In this document: one piece after another, positions 38,035 through 47,126 of the stretch
Position numbering within the stretch: position 1 is the first letter of the stretch
Layout: each line of letters opens with the position of its first letter
Assembly (NCBI GenBank): GCA_044221725.1
Contig: JBGAON010000004.1
Span: 1-64,000 of the forward strand
DNA length: 64,000 nt
DNA from: Elusimicrobiota bacterium
Lineage (GTDB): Bacteria; Elusimicrobiota; Elusimicrobia; F11
Direction: 5' to 3'
Program-made: the position numbers and the translations under genes
Notes under the pieces: model-generated
What the model was told of the DNA's origin: nothing
The model's input: only the letters and a program-made list of their open reading frames with translations
The model's database searches: none

Positions 38035-38618
38035 AGATGGCTCCGTCGCGATACTTCCATGCTGAGCGTCTTTTGGACAAGCTTAAACGCGCGCGTTTTT
38101 AACGGAAATTGCACGCGTACGTATTGATAAGGAGGAACCGTATTTACAATCGGTTGAAACAAGTATGTTGCGGTATTCCCGGCAATGGGCGCCGTCAAAC
38201 AATTACTGAGAAGTTTTCGGTTCTGTGCGGGCCCGCTCGCCGGTTGAAGCGTGCGTAACAAGTATGATTCCGTCGGTGTCTGTTTGAATTCGTACGTGAG
38301 TGTCGAAAAATTCGTGAACAGCTGATTGTTGACGGCCGTGTCATATTTGCCTTCCCCGAGCATCAGCGTTTGAAGTACCAACTTATCCGGGGCGATGCTA
38401 ATAATCGACTGGCAGTTTCTGATGTCATTTTTGATCTCGAACTGAACAATTTCCACTTCTGCCTCGGTCTTGATGATGTCGCCTTCGCGAAAAACGGAAT
38501 TCACGAACTTTACTCCCGATGACAATAGGGCCAAAGCGATAATCATGAGAACCACCGTGAGGATCGTTTCCACCAACGTGAATCCTCGCGATCGGGCGAA
38601 GCGAGAGATCTTCATCAA
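38031..38618 (-). CDS. Prepilin-type N-methylation protein (PilW/GspJ-like)
   Basis: RG|FTLVETILTVVL class III signal; IKNDIRN. Confidence 0.85.
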   Translation of the reverse strand: MMKISRFARSRGFTLVETILTVVLMIIALALLSSGVKFVNSVFREGDIIKTEAEVEIVQFEIKNDIRNCQSIISIAPDKLVLQTLMLGEGKYDTAVNNQLFTNFSTLTYEFKQTPTESYLLRTLQPASGPAQNRKLLSNCLTAPIAGNTATYLFQPIVNTVPPYQYVRVQFPLKTRAFKLVQKTLSMEVSRRSHL

Positions 38619-41500
38619 AATCCTTTCGGTTTCCCTGGAGTAGGAGCCGCGGCGACCTTCGGCTGCAACACGAAATTCACTTGAACCTCCGTCAAGGGCT
38701 CCGATGGATTCTGACGATTTTCATAATAGAGATGCATTCCGCCGGAACTAGCGCCGTCGTATCCGGGCGAATCGTTCACCGAGACATACAGATTTGGTTC
38801 TGGCGTGTGTTTCCACGAAGTGGAAACGTTGTATTGGAATTTTCCGTTGGTCGGCATTGGCGTAAAAGCCGTTGTTAAATTTGAGCAGCCGGCACACGCG
38901 TCGTTCGTCCCCGACGTGGTCGCGCTCGCGGTGATTTGGCCGCTGGTTTGCACCACCACTTGCACACCGTCAACCGGCGTCCCCTTTGGATCAACCACGT
39001 ATCCGCGCACGCTGACAGCCGTCGTCCGCGCAGCGATGAGAAAGTCCGGTGTCATCGTCAAATGTTGGATATCAGCGCCAATGTAAAACGGTTTCGGCAA
39101 GAAGTCCATCGGAAGCCAGCCGCAGGTTTGATTGGACCGAATGGCGGCGCTAAAATTGTATGTGTCATCCGCCACGGAACCGATCGTGATCGTAACGTTG
39201 GGGTCGGAGCCTGGCGTCAGAGCAACGCCCGGCGAATCACTGTCGGGGCCGGAACCCACGAAATGGTTGCTCTTGAACGGAATATTGTTAACGGATTTTA
39301 GGAACTCGCCGTTCGATACATTGACCGCGCCCGAGAATGCGGTTTGATTTGTGCCGTCCGCTCGGGTGTATCCAATGTCAATGTTAAGCCCCGTGATGTT
39401 ACAGGCGGAGTCAGGCCGAACCGACATGAGGATGGAGGTGCCATCCACATCCAACACCTTTTCGTGACAGTGCACGAATCCGTCAAATTCTGGCGACGCC
39501 GTCGTCTCGGAGTATCCTTCAAAAAACACGCGCGTGACGCTGGTGCCGACATTCGGAACCAAGTGTTTCATTCCGTCGGAATCCAAATCGTAATTTGACG
39601 GAGCGGAATTGGGCGGGAACTCCTGAATAAAAGAGGATTGCACGATATTGTTGTTGCTTGTGTCCCGGACCACGGCACCCAGGCTCCATTGTCCGTAATA
39701 AAGCATCAAACGGGACTTGAAAAACGTCGGGACCGGAGTCGCATTTTTTGTGACGATGGACCCATGCATGCTGGCCAGGGCGTTCTCATGCAGCAAATAG
39801 AAATTCATGGTGGTCGTCTGATTGGCGTACATAATCACACCAAAGCTTGCTTCTTTTGTTGCCTTGTCCACTTCGTCAACATAGCCGTTCGAGTTGAACA
39901 CGGGCGGCGACCAATAAGTGCGCCAGTCGGAAAAATGACCCGCAAACGCCACGGAATTCAGATTGGCCGGATAGCTGTCACCGGGCGCCATAACGAGAAT
40001 GGGCGTCGCGGGTGGTATGGCCCAATACGAAACCGAACGCGTGGTCGCGTTGTACGGTCGGTTATATGTATCAAGATTTGCGTGTATGATGGTTGGCGTA
40101 AGAAACGCTTCGTAGGTGGTATTGCCACCGACTTTAACCGGGCTCACTACCATCCAGGAGGGATCGCTTCCGTAACACCACTGATTCAAAAATCCGATTT
40201 GATAGTTGTAACAACCGGGTGTTTGATGATGAACCTGTTCTTGGCCGGCAGCGGTGTTCCAAAAATTGAAAGGTCCATGCGACCAAAACGTCGCAACGGA
40301 AGGTGTGGGAAATCGTGCATCATCATCACCAAGGGTCATACTGCGGTTGACCATTAAGTGAACGCCTGCGTTCGGAAAAACCGCAGGACTGACGTCAAAA
40401 TTCCCGCCGGTGAAGTGAATCAGATTTATGCTGCCCGTCGCTTTTCCGACCGGCAAAGTTTTAATCGTGCGGAGCACAGTGTCGTTAAGTCCAATCGTAT
40501 CGACCATACTGAGCGGCACGGGCTCATTCAAATCGTCAGGCAGCGCGGTCCCCGCAAATCGAACGCTCCCATTGTCGTGCAGCGAGCCAATGTTATACGC
40601 CCAACATTGGCCCGGAAAAACTGTGAACGTTGCCATCCCATCATTGCCGGTATAACCTTTTCGTCCACGGATAAAGGATGGAGGGCTGGTCGCCCCACAC
40701 GTAATCATCACTTCTGCGTTTTCCACGGGTGCGCCACCGTCGTAATTAACGACTTTAACTTTGTATGTGCTGGGCGACGTGACTTCCACATCGAGAATTA
40801 TGGTTGCGCCGCCCACAATATTTTGTGCAATCACCTTCACAAAACCTGGTATTGAAACACCCTGCAGCGAAGAGAAGAAGTAACCGGACAAGATCGTATC
40901 AATCGAAATATTTATTCCATTGCCTGGCAAAACGCCGCCAAGGAGCGCGTGCCCGTCAGCGGCGGTGTACATTATCAGGTCGGGTCCACCACCAAAAGCA
41001 GGAGCGGAGCACGACACGTTCTGGACCGGATTTCCCGCCGAGTCGTGCACGAAAACGTCAACGGAACCGCCGCCCACCATGCCACGCTGCCGGGTCATAA
41101 ACCCATTGCGCACCGAGGTTTTTGTGGGGCCCTTTACCGTGACCGTGTAGGCGCGCTTTTTATCGAGATCGATCGGCCCCATCGTCACATCGATCGTGTA
41201 GGGGCCGTCCGTCGAACGTGTCTTGCTGAACGTTGGCGGAAAGAGATCGAAATTTTCGTTGATTGCCATGGTGCGCAGATCTTCAACCGTTCGGTTCTGC
41301 AGCGTGTTCAATTGCGCGATTTCGCGGTTGTTGACGCGATTGTGAATGACCACTCTCACGATGGCGATACCGCTTAAAAATACAACGATAAGAATGACGA
41401 TGCCGATCATTAGATCGATGAACGACCACCCCCGGTCACTTCGGCGTCCCAGCGGGTGGCGACAAAACAGAGACAGCGATTTGACGGATCGACTAATCAT
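38615..41500 (-). CDS. Giant PilV/GspI-like prepilin with multiple beta-sandwich domains
   Basis: RG|WSFIDLMIGIVIL; VEDLR; repeated V.D..G.PV.N/G..V (carboxypeptidase-regulatory-like) units; 961 aa. Confidence 0.75.
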   Translation of the reverse strand: MISRSVKSLSLFCRHPLGRRSDRGWSFIDLMIGIVILIVVFLSGIAIVRVVIHNRVNNREIAQLNTLQNRTVEDLRTMAINENFDLFPPTFSKTRSTDGPYTIDVTMGPIDLDKKRAYTVTVKGPTKTSVRNGFMTRQRGMVGGGSVDVFVHDSAGNPVQNVSCSAPAFGGGPDLIMYTAADGHALLGGVLPGNGINISIDTILSGYFFSSLQGVSIPGFVKVIAQNIVGGATIILDVEVTSPSTYKVKVVNYDGGAPVENAEVMITCGATSPPSFIRGRKGYTGNDGMATFTVFPGQCWAYNIGSLHDNGSVRFAGTALPDDLNEPVPLSMVDTIGLNDTVLRTIKTLPVGKATGSINLIHFTGGNFDVSPAVFPNAGVHLMVNRSMTLGDDDARFPTPSVATFWSHGPFNFWNTAAGQEQVHHQTPGCYNYQIGFLNQWCYGSDPSWMVVSPVKVGGNTTYEAFLTPTIIHANLDTYNRPYNATTRSVSYWAIPPATPILVMAPGDSYPANLNSVAFAGHFSDWRTYWSPPVFNSNGYVDEVDKATKEASFGVIMYANQTTTMNFYLLHENALASMHGSIVTKNATPVPTFFKSRLMLYYGQWSLGAVVRDTSNNNIVQSSFIQEFPPNSAPSNYDLDSDGMKHLVPNVGTSVTRVFFEGYSETTASPEFDGFVHCHEKVLDVDGTSILMSVRPDSACNITGLNIDIGYTRADGTNQTAFSGAVNVSNGEFLKSVNNIPFKSNHFVGSGPDSDSPGVALTPGSDPNVTITIGSVADDTYNFSAAIRSNQTCGWLPMDFLPKPFYIGADIQHLTMTPDFLIAARTTAVSVRGYVVDPKGTPVDGVQVVVQTSGQITASATTSGTNDACAGCSNLTTAFTPMPTNGKFQYNVSTSWKHTPEPNLYVSVNDSPGYDGASSGGMHLYYENRQNPSEPLTEVQVNFVLQPKVAAAPTPGKPKGF

Positions 41501-41517
41501 TAAGATTTCTCCGAGCG

Positions 41518-41533
41518 CGTGACTTTCATCACG
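41518..41533. promoter_or_regulatory. CRP/FNR-like palindrome upstream of the pilin operon
   Basis: CGTGA-CTTTCA-TCACG. Confidence 0.55.
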
Positions 41534-41601
41534 TTTAAGTTTTGTCGGGTTGTCGACGGAAATCCAGCGATTTTTTGTTCAAGAAACCATTTCCGAATGC
41601 T

Positions 41602-42591
41602 TCATTCCTTTCGACGTCGCCCGCTTATAAGTTGCAACGCCTCAGCCACATGCGCCGGGGAAATTGCCTTGAGACAACCGTTGCGCTCGTCCGCCATTCG
41701 TACACAAGTGTTTCGAAGGCAGGGAACACACGAGAAAACTTTTCTTTGCAGGGGGGAGAACGGCCCCCACGGTGGAACCGCAAACGTTGGATCGCTCGCT
41801 CCGAAAACAACCACTGTTGGAATTTCAAACGCGGATGCGACGTGCATGATGCCCGAATCGTTGACCACCATCGCGTCGCATTGGTTCACCATCCAGCCCA
41901 ATTGCGGCAACGTTAAACCTCCCGCCGTGTTCACGACAGCGCCATCGATTTTTTCACCGACCGTTTGTACGACGCGTTTCTCTGACGAAGATCCAAACAA
42001 AACAACCGTTCCACCGGTCCTCTGTTGCCAATCGTTCGCTACGGCGGCAAATCTTTCGGGCGCCCAGGTGCGCGCCGGTGCCATTGACACTGGAGCGATG
42101 CCAAGCACCGGCGATTTGAGCGCCGGCGTTGGATTTGGAGGCTCGCTGGGGAAAGTCGGTTTCACGGATTCAAGAGGAAAGGATTCTTCGCCAATAAGAG
42201 CCAAGTAACGGTGCGCGTAGAGGCGCTCAGCCACGTACCCAAAAACATCGGTTAACAAAACGTTGCGAAGATCGCCACCATAGCCGATCCGCCGTGGGAT
42301 GCGACCGAGAAAGGATTCGAGAGCCGCACGGAAGGACCGGGGCAAAATGAAGCTTTCATCGAAGCGCTTTTCGCGCAGCATTCGTCCCACGGCCCAGACG
42401 GAGGAGACCGGGTACGGCAGTTTGATCACATGACGAACCGCCGGATGGGATTCGAAAATAGGTGCCAAATGCGGCACGCACAAGACCGATATCTCATCGT
42501 TCGGCCGTTGCGCATGAAGTCGCGTTAAAAAAACCGTGCTAACCACCGCGTCGCCCAACCATTGCGGCACGCGGACCAAAATCTTTTTCAC
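41602..42591 (-). CDS. waaF: LPS heptosyltransferase II (GT9)
   Basis: ILVRVPQWLGDAV, LPRSFR, RRIGY, NDSGIMHVA, CVPCLRNTC. Confidence 0.88.
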   Translation of the reverse strand: MKKILVRVPQWLGDAVVSTVFLTRLHAQRPNDEISVLCVPHLAPIFESHPAVRHVIKLPYPVSSVWAVGRMLREKRFDESFILPRSFRAALESFLGRIPRRIGYGGDLRNVLLTDVFGYVAERLYAHRYLALIGEESFPLESVKPTFPSEPPNPTPALKSPVLGIAPVSMAPARTWAPERFAAVANDWQQRTGGTVVLFGSSSEKRVVQTVGEKIDGAVVNTAGGLTLPQLGWMVNQCDAMVVNDSGIMHVASAFEIPTVVVFGASDPTFAVPPWGPFSPLQRKVFSCVPCLRNTCVRMADERNGCLKAISPAHVAEALQLISGRRRKE

Positions 42592-42670
42592 CGCGGGATT
42601 ATAACGCAAAACAGAAACGGCACCCACAAATCCCCTGGCACCGACGGGGTTTCTCGTTTACGCTTGGCTA

Positions 42671-42686
42671 CGTGACTTTTTGCACG
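42671..42686. promoter_or_regulatory. CRP/FNR-like palindrome upstream of the adenylate cyclase
   Basis: CGTGA-CTTTTT-GCACG, just downstream of a -10-like TACGCT (42659-42664). Confidence 0.5.
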
Positions 42687-42700
42687 TTCACAAAAATATC

Positions 42701-43591
42701 ATGCTGAAATGGATTTGGGGACAATACAAAGCGTTGCGCTTCGCATTGGTCGGAGGAGAATTTTTGCCCCGCCTTATCAATTCCATTAAAGAAGTGAGTC
42801 GCGGTCATCTCGATGTCGATTTGCCGATTCCCAAATCAAAAGAATGGGCGGAACTTGCCAATGCGTTTAATCATATGTTGGCGGGATTGCAAGAGCGAGA
42901 CCGCATGCGCCACTCGCTTGGACGCATCATGGATCCGAAAATTGCGGAAATTCTCATCAAGGAAAATCCGAAATTGGGCGGACGACAACGAAAGGCCACA
43001 ATTTTGTTTTGCGATATTCGGAATTACACGCCGTTGTGCGAACAGCTTTCGCCCGTCGAACTTCAGGAATTCCTCAATGAATACTGGAAGGATACGGTCG
43101 AAATCATTATGGAGCAGGAGGGAACCATCGACAAATTCCACGGGGACGGCGTGTGCGTGGTTTTTGGTGCCCCGACCTTACACACGGATGACGCGCTGCG
43201 CGCCGTTCGCACCGCGTGGCGGCTGGTCCAAAATGTCGAACTCATGAACAAGCGGCGCGAGGAACAGAGAAAGATTCCGATTCAGATTGGTATTGGGATC
43301 CACACCGGCGAGGTGATCGCGGGCCACATTGGTTCGGAACGTCGAATGGATTATACCGTCGTCGGGGATGCGGTGAACGTGGCCGCCCGCATAGAAGAGC
43401 TCAACAAAAAGTTTGGAACGAAGATCTTAATTTCCGACGGGGTGTATGAGAAAGTGGAAACGAATGTACGAGTGAAAACGATCACGCTTGCGCACTTGCG
43501 CGGGCACAAAAAACCGATTCTCATTCACACGCTGCGGGAGTTTTTTGAGATTCCGGATTCGGCGACGAATATTTCGGCAAACGCCGCTTAA
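42701..43591 (+). CDS. Class III adenylate cyclase with a HAMP domain
   Basis: EWAELANAFNHM (HAMP), FCDIRNYT, DKFHGDG, DYTVVGDAVNVAARIE. Confidence 0.92.
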   Translation: MLKWIWGQYKALRFALVGGEFLPRLINSIKEVSRGHLDVDLPIPKSKEWAELANAFNHMLAGLQERDRMRHSLGRIMDPKIAEILIKENPKLGGRQRKATILFCDIRNYTPLCEQLSPVELQEFLNEYWKDTVEIIMEQEGTIDKFHGDGVCVVFGAPTLHTDDALRAVRTAWRLVQNVELMNKRREEQRKIPIQIGIGIHTGEVIAGHIGSERRMDYTVVGDAVNVAARIEELNKKFGTKILISDGVYEKVETNVRVKTITLAHLRGHKKPILIHTLREFFEIPDSATNISANAA

Positions 43592-43605
43592 TCGGTAGAG
43601 GAGAT

Positions 43606-44763
43606 TTACTGAAGCGATCCAACGATCGCTTCGTTGGTCGGATACTTGCGAAGAAGTTCTGTTAAAGCCTGCGCCGCTTCCACTTCACTCATGCCGGCCA
43701 GGGCCTGGCGTAACGTATGACTGGCCTTTAGTTCTTCTGGCGTAAAAAGTTTTTCTTCTTTTCGTGTTCCCGATTCTCGGATGTTGATGGCCGGGAAAAT
43801 ACGACGATCCGAAACTTCTCGCGAAAGCACCACTTCCATGTTGCCGGTGCCTTTAAATTCCTGGAAGATCACATCGTCCATACGGCTTCCGGTCTGAACC
43901 AAGATTGTGGCAAGAATTCCGATGGAGCCGCCATTTTCAATGTTGCGAGCGGTTCCAAAAATTTTTCGCGGGATCAACAAACCCTGAGCGTCCACACCGC
44001 CGGAGAGCGTGCGTCCACCACCCCGCACAGCGTTATTGTGAACACGTGCAAGCCGGGTCAAAGAGTCGATCAAAATCATCACATGCTTGCCGGCGGCGGC
44101 TTCTTCGACGGCTTGGCGCATTAATTCTTTCGCGACACGAATATGGTTCTCGTACGGTTGGTCCGACGTGGACCAGCGGACTTCGGCAGAAACACTGCGA
44201 CGGAAATCGGTTACTTCCTCGGGGCGTTCATCAATCAAAAGCACGTACACCTTCATGTCCGGTTCGGCCGCGGTAATCGCTTGGCAAATGTGTTTAAGGA
44301 ATGTCGTTTTTCCGGACTTTGGAGGAGAAACAATGAGCCCGCGCTGACCTTTGCCGATTGGACACAACAAGTCCATCGCGCGAATCGTTGGTTCGTTTAG
44401 TCCTTTGGTTAAGCGGATGCGAGGAGCCGGATCAACAGCCATTCCGGAGAAAAATTGAACTTCGGCGGGAGTTTCGACCTCACGTTGCGGCGGTCGTTGA
44501 AACCGCGGCCGATCAAAGCGCCGCTGGCCACCGTTGTGATGATTGTTTTGGCGGTGACCACCACCCGGACCACCACCCGAATACCCGCGATGACCCGGAC
44601 CACGACCGGGACCACGCCCTTGTCCGCGGTTTTGGGAACCACCGGGATTGTTGGCGTATCCTTGATTGTTGGAACCTTGACCGGAGTGTCGGTTTGGGCG
44701 GCCATACGGATTGTTCGCGCCACGGTTCTGCTGTTTGTTCTGCCAGGATCGGTTGTTTTGCAT
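43606..44763 (-). CDS. rho: Transcription termination factor Rho (short form) with a low-complexity N-terminus
   Basis: PIGKGQRGLIVSPPKSGKT, LIDERPEEVT, DSLTRLAR, EFKGTGNME, SGTRKEE. Confidence 0.92.
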   Translation of the reverse strand: MQNNRSWQNKQQNRGANNPYGRPNRHSGQGSNNQGYANNPGGSQNRGQGRGPGRGPGHRGYSGGGPGGGHRQNNHHNGGQRRFDRPRFQRPPQREVETPAEVQFFSGMAVDPAPRIRLTKGLNEPTIRAMDLLCPIGKGQRGLIVSPPKSGKTTFLKHICQAITAAEPDMKVYVLLIDERPEEVTDFRRSVSAEVRWSTSDQPYENHIRVAKELMRQAVEEAAAGKHVMILIDSLTRLARVHNNAVRGGGRTLSGGVDAQGLLIPRKIFGTARNIENGGSIGILATILVQTGSRMDDVIFQEFKGTGNMEVVLSREVSDRRIFPAINIRESGTRKEEKLFTPEELKASHTLRQALAGMSEVEAAQALTELLRKYPTNEAIVGSLQ

Positions 44764-44802
44764 GACTAGGAAGGTCGAACGACGACGGAGCGTAGCATAA
44801 AT

Positions 44803-45393
44803 TTAAACAGCAACACCTTTTTTCTTCGACGTTTTGACCAACATTCCCACTCCCAATATAAGGAAAAATAAAAAGCTTGTGATACCAACGAAAAGAGTTT
44901 GCTTCACGTTTTGCGCGGCCTGAGGAAATAAAAGCACCGAAACCTTCGGCCCATTTTCTCCCGCTGTGTAGACACCGCTCAATGTGTACGTGCCGGGCGT
45001 TTGAATCGCAAAATTAAAAAGCGGCAATCCTCGAAGTCCGAACTGATGAAACGCTTGTCCGGTTGTGTTCATCATGACCGGCACTTCTTCGTAATCTTCC
45101 TTGGACATCACGCGAACATCCATTTGCGTGAGCTCTTTCAATGGCAACGGGCCATTGCCCCGGTGCTGGTAAACGCCCGCGTAAAGACCCGCGGTATCCA
45201 GCTTCAGTTCGTGAAAACCCGGCAGCTCAAGCACACGGATACGCCCGCCGTTTAATAGGCCCTCGTACAGGCTAAATCCGAGGATCAGGACCGAAGCGAC
45301 GATCGATATGATACCAAGGCCGATTAAAAATCCGCGCTCCATAAAGAACGGATGTGCCGGATGCTTTATTTTTTTAAGTTCGGCGTTCCACAT
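44803..45393 (-). CDS. Hypothetical two-TM membrane protein
   Basis: TM-soluble domain-TM architecture; co-oriented between the AKR gene and rho. Confidence 0.7.
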   Translation of the reverse strand: MWNAELKKIKHPAHPFFMERGFLIGLGIISIVASVLILGFSLYEGLLNGGRIRVLELPGFHELKLDTAGLYAGVYQHRGNGPLPLKELTQMDVRVMSKEDYEEVPVMMNTTGQAFHQFGLRGLPLFNFAIQTPGTYTLSGVYTAGENGPKVSVLLFPQAAQNVKQTLFVGITSFLFFLILGVGMLVKTSKKKGVAV

Positions 45394-45399
45394 TCGAGG

Positions 45400-46371
45400 T
45401 TAATCCCACCACCCGTAAAAATTTCGTTGCCAAGCGTGCTTCCGCAATTCATCCATGGTTTTGTTCGACAACGCGCGAGAACCGCTAATCTTTGCGTTCA
45501 ACAGAACGTTCTTAACCGATCGCATGCCGGGAATAACCGTGGATACCGCGGAATGGCCGAGCACAAATTTGATAGCCAGCTCGGGCATGGTTGCCGCTTC
45601 GGCTCCAAGAAATTTCTTTAGTTTCTCGACGCGATCGACGGTTTCTATCAGGTTGTTGCCCTGAAAATAATTGCGCCGGAAATCGCCTTTTTCAAACGTC
45701 ATCTGCTTTGTGAGAGTCCCGGTCAGCCCACCTTCATCCAACGGTACCCGGACAATGACACCCACGGAATGTTTCTCGCACAGGGGGAACAACTTTTCCG
45801 TTGGCGATTGGTCAAAGATATTAAAAATAACTTGGACTGTGTCGATAATTCCCGATTCGACAAGTTGGAGGGCCGAGTCGGGTTCGTGGTCGTTGATCGA
45901 AACACCAAACGCGCGGATTTTTCCTGACCGCTTCAGTTGGCGAATGGTTTCGAGCCAGTCCCCCTGTTTGATCCACGCGTCGGACCACACGTGCAACTGC
46001 GTTAAATCCAACGTCTCACGTTTTAAATTCTTGAGGCTTCGCTCGGTGCAAGAAACAATCCATTCCGCCGGAAAGACATCGTTCGCCGGTGTTTTTGGGT
46101 TCGCCGGCCATTCGTCGTTTTTCGGTGGAATTTTCGTGGCGATGATCGCCGGCTTACCGGCCAGCGCTTGCGCCATCAATTGTTCGCTATGACCGTCGCC
46201 GTAAACGTACGCGGTGTCAAAAAAGTTAATTCCCGCGTCCCACGCAGTCGCCAGCGCCCGTAGCGATTCGTTGTCGTCGGTGGTGCCCCACCATGTACGG
46301 CCGATACCCCAGCCGCCGTATCCGATTTCCGATATGTTCCAGTTTGTCTTTCCGAGCTTTCGTTGATTCAT
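45400..46371 (-). CDS. Aldo/keto reductase
   Basis: SEIGYGGWGIG, FFDTAYVYGDGHSE, SLKNL...DLTQLH, VSTVIPG. Confidence 0.93.
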   Translation of the reverse strand: MNQRKLGKTNWNISEIGYGGWGIGRTWWGTTDDNESLRALATAWDAGINFFDTAYVYGDGHSEQLMAQALAGKPAIIATKIPPKNDEWPANPKTPANDVFPAEWIVSCTERSLKNLKRETLDLTQLHVWSDAWIKQGDWLETIRQLKRSGKIRAFGVSINDHEPDSALQLVESGIIDTVQVIFNIFDQSPTEKLFPLCEKHSVGVIVRVPLDEGGLTGTLTKQMTFEKGDFRRNYFQGNNLIETVDRVEKLKKFLGAEAATMPELAIKFVLGHSAVSTVIPGMRSVKNVLLNAKISGSRALSNKTMDELRKHAWQRNFYGWWD

Positions 46372-46397
46372 ATAAAATCCTTTTGCACCACTTTCTT

Positions 46398-46562
46398 ATG
46401 GATGACGAATATAAAAAATTGCTGGAGGAGACCATCGCCAAGCTAAAGGCGGCGGGCGTGAAACCGTGTCCCAAGCACGAGTGGCTCTCCATGAACTCGA
46501 ACGGCGCCTGCGAGGCGTGCAAGAAAGAAGATTTTCCGGATGACTTCTTAGGAACCGAGTAA
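46398..46562 (+). CDS. Putative 54-aa zinc-binding small protein
   Basis: CPKH...CEAC; fills the gap between two minus-strand genes. Confidence 0.55.
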   Translation: MDDEYKKLLEETIAKLKAAGVKPCPKHEWLSMNSNGACEACKKEDFPDDFLGTE

Positions 46563-47126
46563 AAGAAATGTAACCGCGCTCGCGACCGGAATCAAAAAAT
46601 TGTCGTTCACGCCCGCGTTCAACACTTCCACCGCTGTCGCCACCGCCGCACCGATAACAACCCACGACCAGCCATAGGTTGTTTTTATCATCGCGTTGCC
46701 AATAAATACGCACATCACGAAACACGCGGCGCTTCCGGCGAGCGATTTTTCGGAGTTCGGCCAGCGAAGACCGCCGACGCGTTTCCCAACGAGACTCGCC
46801 GCCGCATCACCGAATAATAAGTAGAGCAAACTTACGGTCGCGAGCGAGACCGGTTTCAGCAAATTCGCTACCACCGTCACGCCAAGCAACATCCAAAAAA
46901 CACCGGATAGTCGGTTTTGCTCGCTCGGCCGTAATATTCCGCCAAACGTCCGAACGCACCGTTCATTAATGGTTGCAAACTTAATGCGCACGATTTCAAA
47001 AATAAATTCGACCGTCAGCAAAAGAAACAAAAGCATGAGGTAGCGATCGCGCGGCAAATAAATGAGCCCGATGACATACACCAGCCCACACAAATGAAAC
47101 AGTTTCCGTTTAATCTCAGCCCACAC
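46548..47126 (-). CDS. SEC59/DGK1/VTE5-family CTP-dependent lipid kinase
   Basis: RKLFH, GDAAASLVGK, KSLAGS, NDNFLIP. Confidence 0.85.
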   Translation of the reverse strand: MWAEIKRKLFHLCGLVYVIGLIYLPRDRYLMLLFLLLTVEFIFEIVRIKFATINERCVRTFGGILRPSEQNRLSGVFWMLLGVTVVANLLKPVSLATVSLLYLLFGDAAASLVGKRVGGLRWPNSEKSLAGSAACFVMCVFIGNAMIKTTYGWSWVVIGAAVATAVEVLNAGVNDNFLIPVASAVTFLLLGS

